Below are positions 42,535-52,836 of a DNA stretch of 64,000 nt, piece by piece. This stretch comes from Camelus ferus. Taxonomy: Eukaryota. The stretch lies in contig NC_045697.1 in assembly GCF_009834535.1 (NCBI RefSeq), forward strand, positions 67,396,001 through 67,460,000. The letters are read 5' to 3'. Every line of letters begins with the position of its first letter. The first letter of the stretch is position 1. The notes beneath the pieces are model-generated. The model was not told where the DNA came from. It saw only the letters and a program-made list of their open reading frames with translations, and did not search any database. Both the position numbers and the translations under genes were made by a program.

Positions 42535-43044
42535 TGAATAATTACATTTTTGTCTTAAGAGCATTATAAACTAAATTTTAAAAAGCAGTATTTCCCTAGT
42601 GCATAGTGCCAGCAACATAGGAAGAGCTCAGTAATAACACAAGTGTTCAGTCTTAGGGGAAACTTTTAGTTAGTTATGGTATGTCCATATAATGGAGATT
42701 TTTTTTTTTGGCAGCCATTGAAATTATCTTTTAAATAGTTTTTAACTTTTTGAAAATAGTTATAATATGATACTAAGAAAAAATCTCGAGATATAAAATG
42801 CATAGTAAGATAGTAATTATATCAGAAATGAAAATAATAAAGGGAAATAAATCAAAATTTGATAGCAATTATCTTAAAGTGATTTAAATGTCTTTGTGCT
42901 TTTCTTCATTTATAGGAGATAATTTTTGAAAGACAAAACAGTCAAAGTATATGTCAAGTTTATAAACCAGCAATGGAATGCTAATGAAGACAAGAAAATT
43001 GGGAAAGAAGATACTTTTATTCAAATAGGTAAAAGGTAAGAACT

Positions 43045-43146
43045 TTTTTTTTTTTTTTAGGTATTTTCTTTTCTTTTTTTTTTAACATTTTTTTTATTGA
43101 GTTATAGTCATTTTACAATGTGTCAAATTCCACTGTAGAGCACAAT
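43045..43146 (-). mobile_element. Short 3'-end retroposon fragment (L1 3' end) with poly(A)
   Basis: Poly-T tracts, then ttattgagttatagtcattttacaatgtgtcaaattccactgtagagcacaat. Flanked by taagaact at 43037-43044 / 43147-43154. Confidence 0.75.
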
Positions 43147-46100
43147 TAAGAACTCTTTCTATTTAGAATTTTTTTCAGTTTAAATAACTACAGAGCTTTA
43201 AAATACACTTTTTCCCCTTGGTAGATTAGAGAGAATGAAGGAAAGTTAATGTTAAAAATATAGTTGGCAGCACCTTACAGGTGAGAAATAAACCAGTAAA
43301 TCACATGAGACTCTAGGGGTAATCATTTAACTGACAAGAATAGAGCAGTATAGTATTAAACATTAGACCTACATTTACTTTTTGGGTCAAGATAGACATA
43401 CCAGGAAATGAAGTTTGGGGTATAAGTGCGTAAGAACGTTATTATTATTATTTTAACTTAAGGTAAGGGAATATCCATGAAGAAACACTTATGTTATGTG
43501 GTGGAGAGTTCCAGAGCATGATGATACTGAAATTGTCATTAAATTTAGCCAAGTCCTTGATGTGAGAAATTTCAGTTCATTGTTGACGACACAGATTGCA
43601 GAAGCATATGGAAGCAATTAGAGGAAGGTAAATGGAGACTGTGGGTACAGGTTGCATGTTTGTGGAGCTTGACCAGATAAAAGGAATAACACACGATGAG
43701 ATCTAAAAAAGACACTGAGGACTCGGGTATCTTCTTTCAGAGTTGAGGAAATATGAGCATGAAAGAAAGCCGAAGGCGGAGACAAAATTGATGATTCTCC
43801 AGTGGGGGGTGGGAGTGGGGAGTATATGAGTAAGAACAGTGTCTCTTTATGAGCCAATAACAGGTTCCGTAGCTGCGGCTGAGGTGTTAGATTTCTAGAT
43901 AAGAAGAGAATTCCTCTTCCGCTAAGATTAGTGGCAAGGAAGTTCTGATAGGTGTAAAAATTCATCAGAAGACAGGCTGCTGGAATGGGGGGAAGTGTAG
44001 TATGTGCAGGCAAGGAGCACTTCATCAAATGAGGCTACCTCTCCAGGCATTAGAGGTATAACCCGAAGACATGCCTAATGTTTGTGGCTTATTAACCTTG
44101 TTGGGTCTGTTTCTGCTCAGATCAATGGGGATATGATGCATTTCATGTAATTTTCCATATGATTTGGAAAAATTCTATAAAACATGGGAAATCCCTTGAA
44201 AAGCTGTAATGCATTCTTATAGTAAATAGAGTAATTTTAACATGAAATGAAGTGGGAAAAAGGCTAGATGAGGGCAGATCAAGGTTAAGCATTTTTGAAG
44301 AAATTCATTATAAATTTTAGTGTAGTGCACATGGCCTGAGAGAATGGAAGAGGTGGTGGCCCTGACAGAAGCTATGTAAATTCCTCTGACAGTCCGCCAA
44401 CGATCGTGTGTTCTGCATGTGATGCTTTTGATGAGTGCCTAACATGCTTGAGCTTAAAAGCTCTTCTTACACATTATCTTCATTTAGCAGTGCTTATGGT
44501 GTTTATTAGGCCTTTCATTTGAAAACCTCTCTGAGGCTTCTCCCATGGTGGCCTTTTAGACTTACAGTGCTGGGTACTATGGAAATACCTTATTATCTAG
44601 ATGCACAGTGGGTCCGTGGGAACATAGAGATTCTCATGCACAGAAAGCTCCATAAAACATCTACAGCATTGTCTTAGGTTGCTTGGAGAAGCTGTATTCA
44701 TATTCATAACGTATTGCATAATTATGAGATCCTGATTTTCATATTTCCCAGTGTGCCTTTTCAACTCTGCTGTATTACCAAATTAAAGGAGACAACACAA
44801 CTTTACAAAATTAGAGTGTTCTGTTTTGTATGTTACTGTTTGACAGTACTCTATTTTTAATTTGTTCATCAATGATCCTAATAAAGACAAACTGTCATTG
44901 TAACCATTGCCCGGAATGCAATACATTAGTTTTATTGCCTCTCTAACAGCTGCTCATGTGTTGCATCCTCTGTCACTCAGTGATGATGTGTCCTTTTCCA
45001 CACGCAATGCCGGAAAACCTGAGAGAGCTTACAGCACAGCACCTCCATATGAACCGGATTAGGTAGAGGGAAATCTTATTGTATGTCATCATTTTATTTC
45101 TACTGCTTAGTATAGAAAGGGGATATATAGAAGGAAAGCACTTCATTATATGTGCTGAATAAGCAAAGAATAAGTATTATGCTTTTTACTAGCTTTGTAA
45201 TTTTTTGCCATTCACCTAAACTCCCTAAGCCCCAGTTTCCTCATATAGAAATTGAGAATCATAGATAGTACCTTACCTGTCTCTGTAGGAATCAAATAAG
45301 CAAACTTTGTATCTCTAGCAAAGAGATGCAAGGTTTTCACAAACCTCAGCAATGTTCACAACAGTGCCTTAAATCTCAAATTAATGGATATGATATCTTA
45401 AAATTCTATCTTAATTATTTAAAAATACTATTTAGTAGAGAAAATTTTGTTTGTATGCCTGTACATATTCACAGGAATCTTTGGAGAGAGCCATGGGATA
45501 TATTAGGATCAAAGTTTAGGATGTGATAAGGCAACTCTGTGCCCAAGCTTAGACAAGAAGAGAGCAAAGAAAACTGACCATGCAGCCAGCAGTAGGTTAT
45601 TAAAGTGGGGTGCTAAATTTCAGATTCTCTCTTTTCCTAAGATTTGTCTGAATGGTCAGATGTGCTGCTCAGACTTCCTTCTAGGGGGCAGCAGTGCCCT
45701 GGAATTTTGCCAATATCCTTTGTCTCTTTAAGCCTGGTTCAGTGACTCAGGTCTTCCTCAAAGTGAAGTCAAAGGAAACAAATGTGCTAATTATGTTATC
45801 ACATGCTGATACTAGAAAAGGTAATAATCTACCCAAAGATGTTAGCAGGAAATGTTGTTAGAGGACATATATATAGAAAACATCAATAAAATGGTACATT
45901 TAAGAGACTAATGTATTACAAAAGACTTTGTTCAGAGGAGAGAAGCCATCATTTCACTCTTGAATATATTAAGTTTATTTTTATGATCACGTTTAATGTG
46001 TACTTTATTTCTATTAAAATTAAAGTTCCTAAAGATAAATGTATATTTAGGTAATAAAATTTTGAGATATGGGTTTTTAAGTATGTGAGAATTAACATCT

Positions 46101-49100
46101 TCTGAACAAAAAACTTTCCTAAGAAGTGTAAATAATAATTTTTGGAGGAATTGCAAATAGACCTAACTTGGGCTTTCTTGAATTTGCTTTGATTTGTTAC
46201 AAACATGAATTGGATTGATTATTTTTATTTTGAATTGGGACTATGATTTTACAAAGCAACTCAAAAGTACTGAGCATAAATCAGTTCATAGCTTTTGACA
46301 TCTATACTAGTCCTCTACTGATTGGGACATTAGGCCATTGTAAATCTTGACAGCAGGTTATTCATGACTTTTTACTTCTTATCTCACTTGGCCACAGTCA
46401 ATTTCAGCTTTAATTATAGGGAGCTTATTTAAATATTTGGAAAGTTTTCTTTTACAGTCTTTAGCTGCTAGACCTTGGTCCCAGACCCTAGGGATAAGGG
46501 TTGGGTACTGTGGGCATGATGACTCAGATGACTCTGCTCATCTAGCAGGAGGAAGACGGCTCCATTAGTTGCTACTAAAAATTAACCCATGAATGTCTTT
46601 CCTTTCCTTACACCATCATTATTTGGAATGAGGAGCACCCTCACTTTATCACATTTGCAATTAAGTTTCCTCTTCATGATAATTTGTCCTGAATGTTTAT
46701 TTAATGATACTTCAGAATTATGATGGGGATGAGGAGAAAAAAAAATATTGTTTGCCCAGGGTTCTGAACTGTTCTGAAATAACCTCACTTATTATAATAT
46801 TAGAGAGGAACCTTACTTGATTGTCATTATTTTGCAGAATATATGGTAGTGACATATTCTCTTTTCTCCAAGGGAGATAAATAGACCAAATGGGAAACAT
46901 TCTTCTCTAAGTCGTATGTAACTCTTAATTTTTTTCACCAAGTTATTACTCATCACTTTTAATTGCCAAATCTTAGAGCTATGAAAAAAATACATTACCA
47001 CTAATCATATAATGAGATCTGATATTATTTATGCAGAACATATTCATTCTTTAACAGCTTTCTTTACTTAGCATTTGGTGAAAGTGTGCAATTATTACCA
47101 GAGGAATTTAAATATTCTTCAAACATGCTGTTCTTTTTTTTAATATTTCCTTCTTGCTTATTAAAAATATTTCATATGCTATTGATGCAACTGGGGTGAC
47201 ACTTTTAAGATGAATTCATAAATGCCCCTGGAGGATCAAGCGTTACACATGAAATGTGAAATTCTGTCACACTGACATGAATGACTGCTACTCTAATCAA
47301 CTGACTGACTCCTCTTTTATCAGGTTTTTTTTAATTAATTAAATGTAAAGTCTACTATTGGCCTCATCTGTTTTCCTTTAATTTCAAATAGATTAAAAGT
47401 GAGATTTGGCATTAATTAAAAACTTAAGAATTTATGGAGATTTTAGTTGCAAACATTTCAGTGGTAAACATGTAGATGACTCAGTTCTGTTTGTTAATAA
47501 ACAGTTGAACAATGATAAGACAAAATATAAATCATTAGCAGGAAAGAGTCACTGGCTCTATTGTCCAAGTATATTGAATCCTGTCTAGCTGGGGGCAGAT
47601 GAGAGAAGAGGCTCAACAGCTCCGGATCTCCTTGGGGAATTTTAAACTTTTACAATGACATCTGGAAATTTTACTCTCACTTTCAAAATGTGGATGAGTT
47701 TAGGAACATAACAATAAAGTTAAAGAAAAATCATCTTCAGATTTAATCACTTCTTTAATGGAAATACTTCAACATTACATTCTGCAAATATGATTTCATC
47801 TATCTTTTAAGTTGAATTTAGGTTGTATGCTGTAACTGATAGGTCTAAGAGGTCCCTGCAAGTTTAATATTTTATTATTTATCATGTTAACCAGAGCCTA
47901 TTGCAATTTAAGGGCCATCTTCCATGGCAACCTGTAGCACAGGTATTTTCCAATTAGCATCTTTGCATGTTTTCCTCTGGCATGAGTCAGGTTTAGCCTT
48001 GTCACACTGGGCTTTTAAGGAGGGCTCTATCTTTGAATCCCAGGCTATATGTGTGACAAGATTAAACTAGCACACTTTACAGTATAGCTCTTGTGTTCCT
48101 GACAGTGTTAGCCTGGCTGATACCTCTGAGAGAAGGCTCAGCTGTCACTCAGTGACCCATTAACACTACTGTTCCATCATGCAGTGTCATTTTTCTCATT
48201 CTCATGGAGATAATGCTCCCTGGAGATTGCCAATACCTGCAAGAATGAAAGAGAACAGCAGAGACAGGCTAACTATCAAAGAAGGAGCGAACAACCCAGC
48301 AAGACCATGAATTCCAAAAGCAGAATTTTAAATTGAATGAAAAGATGAGGCCCATTTATGATGACTGGTTTGGGGAGGTGGGGGAAAGATTGAGTTAAGA
48401 GATATAAGACCTTTTTAACAAGCTATTTTCTCCTTCCTGCCTGAATAGTAGAAGAAATATCCACAATAACACTTGTAATATGGATACAGAGAAGGCAGCT
48501 GCTTTGAACATTTCATAGGGAAATTTGAGTAAGAATTTAACTATAAACAGGAATTTTGTATTTTATTTGTTTATTTACAAACAAGTGGTGGATACAAAAC
48601 AGAACATGCATTAAGGTGAATTGCTTGATAGTCTAAATAGAGCCGGATCCCTGTTTGTGGTTGGCTTATTGGGATACAAAATCACCTTTCTAGTAAAAGC
48701 ACAAAAGAGAAAAATGATATGTGATCTTTGTAACACTAGGCCTAAGACTTCTTTTGTCCTATGATTGAACCAGCTGCTTAAGTAAACTCTATTGTTCTCT
48801 TTCAGTGCAAATTGTATATTGTTCATTGGGTCACTGTATAAGAAGTTACATGTTTACTATATAAGGAAATATTATTAGAACCTGCCTCTTGATTTCCCAG
48901 ACTAAGACTGGTTCAATTTACTTTGACATAAAAGCAAAAAACAAAGCCATCTGAATCTTGATTATTTTCTAAGGAAACCTGTTGAAGACATTATAGACCA
49001 CCTTCCCACCCCTCAAAAAAGAAAAAAAAAGAAAAAGAAATAATTAGAAAATAGGTGAAACTGAATAGGATTCAGAATTACAATAAAGGGTAAGGAAAGG

Positions 49101-49699
49101 TGCCATACCAAAACTCCTTAGTTGTTACTTCAATCTGCATTTCAACACTTCCTCCAATTTTCCCATACCAGGCAAAGCTTGTTATTGGGTTTATACTGTT
49201 ATTCTTAGGTCGGGGTTTGTGTACCATCAGTTGCCCTCCTCGCCTCCCCCACCCCCCATCAGATGAGAGATGGTAGAAGCCATGGGATAAATGTAGCATA
49301 GTCTTCTGGTGCACCAACTTTTCTTTTAAGAGTGTTTTTTTTTTTTTTGAGTAAACTACAAATCATTTACATCTTTATTTTTACATTAAAATAAATATGG
49401 TATATTGTGGAGTAGGATAAAATACACATATTTTAAAGATTAAAAAAGAAAGATTTTAAAGAAATATTAGTAATTATCTTCGGCTTAATCTAATCAAGCT
49501 CTTGTGCGCCTTAGTTTCTGTATTTGTTCTCCTCCATTGATACGTTTGAGAAGCACTGCTATAGCGTTTAGCAGGTAAAAGGGACTCGGGTTATTGTGTT
49601 TCAGCAATGATAATGGCGTTAATTAGGAACAGGCTGTAGTTCAGCCGAGTCTTCCAGGAAAAGAAACGACCTTAATCCTTAATTTTACAGTTGGAAGGC

Positions 49700-49940
49700 T
49701 GTGTAAAAATCAGTCGATCCAGGCTGTGGCCTGTGGCCCCGCAGGGCATGACGTGGCCTCTGCCGGCAGCGCGCACCGTCGGGGCGCTGCGCACGTTCGG
49801 CGGGGAAAGGGGCCCCGCGGGAGACACGGGCAGTAACCGCCCTGGCGGTTGAAGACTCACAGCAGCCGTGCGCCCGCCGCGCTCAATGAGGAAGATGCTG
49901 GCCGCTGCTGTCTCTCGCATGCTGTCTGACATCACCCCGA
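49700..49940 (+). promoter_or_regulatory. CpG-island-like TATA-less promoter/5'UTR of PDHA2
   Basis: Abrupt GC- and CpG-rich stretch (gccggcagcgcgcaccgtcggggcgctgcgcacgttcggcgggg...) in an otherwise CpG-depleted window. It contains TGACGTGG (49749-49756), a GC-box-like ggcgggg and paired MYB-type sites. Confidence 0.8.
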
Positions 49941-51064
49941 AGCCTGCTACTAGCAGAGTGCTGGTAGCATCCTGTGACTATTCAAATGATGCTACATTTG
50001 AAATTAAGAAATGTGATCTTTATCGGTTGGAAGACGGTCCCCCTGTCACTGCAATGCTCACCCGGGAGGACGGACTCAGATATTACAGGGTGATGCAGAC
50101 TATTCGCCAAATGGAATTGAAGGCAGATCAGTTGTATAAACAGAAATTTATTCGTGGTTTCTGTCACTTGTGTGATGGTCAGGAAGCTTGCTATGTGGGT
50201 CTTGAGGCCGGGATAAATCCCAGCGATCACATCATCACATCCTATCGGGCTCACGGTTTGTGCTACACTCGTGGACTTTCTGTCCGATCAATTCTTGCAG
50301 AGCTGACAGGACGAAGAAGTGGTTGTGCTAAAGGAAAAGGAGGATCGATGCATATGTATACCAAGAACTTCTATGGGGGCAATGGCATTGTGGGTGCTCA
50401 GGTACCCCTGGGAGCTGGTATTGCTCTGGCCTGTAAATATAAGGAAAACAAGGAGGTGTGTTTAACTATATATGGGGATGGCGCTGCTAATCAGGGTCAG
50501 ATATCTGAAGCTTACAACATGGCAGCTTTGTGGAATTTACCTTGTATTTTCATCTGTGAGAATAACCGCTATGGAATGGGAACATCTGTTGAGAGAGCAG
50601 CAGCCAGCACTGAATACTACAAGAGAGGCAATTTCCTCCCTGGACTCAGGGTAGATGGAATGGATGTTCTGTGTGTCCGCGAGGCAACTAAGTTTGCAGC
50701 TGACTACTGTAGATCTGGAAAGGGGCCCATACTGATGGAGCTGCAGACATACCGTTATCACGGACACAGCATGAGTGATCCTGGAGTCAGTTATCGGACA
50801 CGAGAAGAAATTCAGAATGTAAGAAGTAAGAGTGATCCCATTATGCTTCTCAGAGATAAAATGGTAAACAACAAGCTTGCCAGTGTTGAAGAACTGAAGG
50901 GAATTGATGTTGAAGTGAGGCAAGCAATTGATGAGGCAGCCCAGTTTGCTACAACTGATCCTGAACCATCTTTGGAAGATTTAGGCCAGCACATTTACAG
51001 CAGTAATCCACCTTTTGAAATTCGTGGTGCAAATCAGTGGATCAAGTTTAAGTCAGTCAGTTAA
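49886..51064 (+). CDS. PDHA2: Pyruvate dehydrogenase E1 subunit alpha, testis-specific form (intronless retrogene), 392 aa
   Basis: Uninterrupted [14 protein letters not shown]...WIKFKSVS*. It has the ThDP-binding motif GDGAANQGQ...ENN and the phosphorylation loops YGMGTSVER and [14 protein letters not shown]. It is intronless and carries residues typical of PDHA2 rather than PDHA1 ([45 protein letters not shown]). The ORF track starts at GTG 49868; the first ATG is 49886. Confidence 0.96.
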   Translation: MRKMLAAAVSRMLSDITPKPATSRVLVASCDYSNDATFEIKKCDLYRLEDGPPVTAMLTREDGLRYYRVMQTIRQMELKADQLYKQKFIRGFCHLCDGQEACYVGLEAGINPSDHIITSYRAHGLCYTRGLSVRSILAELTGRRSGCAKGKGGSMHMYTKNFYGGNGIVGAQVPLGAGIALACKYKENKEVCLTIYGDGAANQGQISEAYNMAALWNLPCIFICENNRYGMGTSVERAAASTEYYKRGNFLPGLRVDGMDVLCVREATKFAADYCRSGKGPILMELQTYRYHGHSMSDPGVSYRTREEIQNVRSKSDPIMLLRDKMVNNKLASVEELKGIDVEVRQAIDEAAQFATTDPEPSLEDLGQHIYSSNPPFEIRGANQWIKFKSVS

Positions 51065-51155
51065 AGGGAGACTTTATGTAAATGTATTTTTAGTCCTTCA
51101 AAGGGAAATTATTCATGGTTGACTTGAAGAAACTATGTGCCCAGTTTGAAGGAGG

Positions 51156-51301
51156 AATAAAACCATAAAACAGAAGTCTTGTAAACTTTTATTAAAAGGA
51201 ATTGAGGTAATTAAGAGAATATAGAAAGAGATTAAAAGAGATCATAGATATACATTCAGTTAAAAGGGATATTACATTCAATTATACATTAGTGCATTAA
51301 A
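51156..51301 (+). terminator. Candidate polyadenylation signals of PDHA2
   Basis: AATAAA at 51156-51161 and ATTAAA at 51191, 51231 and 51296, all within about 240 nt of the stop codon. The sequence alone does not show which one is used. Confidence 0.6.
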
Positions 51302-51329
51302 AGATACTATACAGTTAGTCATATAGTGT

Positions 51330-51682
51330 TGTTAAAAGATAAACAGGCACATTAAAAATTTCAAGAGTTTACTTGAGCATATATCAATTAGAATCAGGCA
51401 GTCAGGCAGTGCCACACCAAGAGTGCAGCACTCCACCAGCAGGAGCTGGGGGAGTGGTTTGTAGAGAGAAGCAAAGCCAGGAAGTTATTTGATTAGTAAT
51501 AGCTTAAGCAGATGCCTTATTTGAGAAAGCCTAGTGGACTGTTTGTGATTGGTTGTTTTTAAGTTTCATTTGCTTGGATTTGAGTGCATAGACTCTGGCT
51601 TAGGTTTTGGTTTGTTTATGTAGGCTGTGAAGGCATTAGAGCCGCCCTGTTCTGTTGGCCTCCTTGTTTAATTACTTCAACA
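51330..51682 (-). mobile_element. ERV1-type solo LTR (353 bp) directly downstream of PDHA2
   Basis: TGTT...AACA inverted termini and a perfect 4-bp TSD GTGT (51326-51329 / 51683-51686). A CCAAT and an AGTAAA signal read on the minus strand, so orientation is inferred. Confidence 0.8.
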
Positions 51683-52682
51683 GTGTGAATATCTTAAAGA
51701 TTACTTTAAATTTATACAAGTGTAAAATAGGGAAAACAGAGAAAGAATTAAACTTCCCAAGTTATTTTCTGTAATACTTCTATTTGATTTAGCTTTATAT
51801 TATTTTAATAAATACTCTTATTTAAAGAAAAAATAATTCTTTGATTCCTGCTCCACCCTGCAAGAGGTTTGGGTGTAAAGTCACTACCCTGAAGTAGAGA
51901 GGTGATTTCAAGCCACACCAAAGTATCAAGATCCCTATTGCTATGCCACTTACAGTAGTTTACTTGAATTAACCAATAACATGGCCTACTAAAGAGCGTG
52001 CATATGTGCAGACATATGTGTGAATATTCAATATTGATGCTGAAGCCAGTTAACCCTGACCATTTTACTAGTAAAATATGATTATAACAGAGCAGGGGGA
52101 GATAGGACAAAGTCATTTTTTCATGTTGTACTTTATTACAATATTTTTAGTGTATCAATTTAAAGAAAAAATGTAAACAAAGTTAAAATCTAGGTGAAAA
52201 CTGCGTTTTGCTTTACCCTTTAAGTTAAAGCTACTCTTATTTTACAATCCATTTGTACCATTATATGTTCCATATTTTAAAGAACTATCTTAATAAACTT
52301 CAGACTGAAAAATAAACAGGTATGGTGACATCAAAAAAGTTCAGCAGAGGAGGTGATACTAACAAAGAATTGAAAGTAAAATCTGCCTTGGCCAGAGCTG
52401 AGCATTCACAGATGACTTTTTTCAAGGGAAAATCTAACTTGAATCATACAGATTTGGTTTTCTTTATAGGCTAATACCATGTCAATTAGCAAGTCAGAAC
52501 TGAAAACGTCTTTACTTGTTTGTATTTAACTAATGACCTAAAAACCTCCTCTTGAGTGTGTTGTTTGGCATAACTTACTGCTTTGAGATAGACTCACTGA
52601 AATCAGAAATCAGAATTTGCCTGTGATTTCAGAAGTAGTTTGTAGAAAATGCCAAAAGAATTGGTTGTTAAAGGTTAAAGCC

Positions 52683-52836
52683 CATCACAAAAAAAAAGTA
52701 ATTGTAACTATGTGTGGTGATGGATGCTAACTAGATTTATTGTGGTTATCTTTTCATAATATATACATATACTGAATCATTCTGTTGTACATCTGAAACT
52801 AATGTGTTATATATCCATTATTTCTCAATTTTTAGA
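52683..52836 (+). mobile_element. L1MA-type 3'-end fragment with TSD
   Basis: gtaactatgtgtggtgatggatgctaactag...tgttgtacatctgaaactaat...tctcaat. 13-bp TSD aaaggttaaagcc at 52670-52682 / 52837-52849. Confidence 0.85.

Larger units (their letters stand above)
41700..42900 (+). mobile_element. Degenerate old LINE-1 remnant hosting two younger SINE insertions
   Basis: aaatattgtgaagat...aattctattcaaattcca...tttgaaaaagga...aaagagcctagaaaca, ORF2-like text. Confidence 0.5.

Noticed and set aside
41989..42552. CRISPR-like repeat-spacer structure
   Set aside because: The direct repeats are target-site duplications of retroposons in mammalian DNA. There is no regular array and there are no cas genes.
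43618..44028. 136-aa minus-strand ORF
   Set aside because: No recognisable domain and no canonical start support. The length is compatible with chance.
49868..49885. N-terminal extension MRPPRS in the ORF track
   Set aside because: It starts at GTG under a bacterial-style start rule. The homologous start is ATG 49886.
49672..50994. Antisense and alternative-frame ORFs overlapping PDHA2
   Set aside because: These are shadow ORFs of a real CDS and CpG island, with no recognisable protein.
49886..51064. PDHA1 or a processed pseudogene
   Set aside because: PDHA1 has introns. This ORF is intact, has PDHA2-type residues and has its own CpG-rich promoter.
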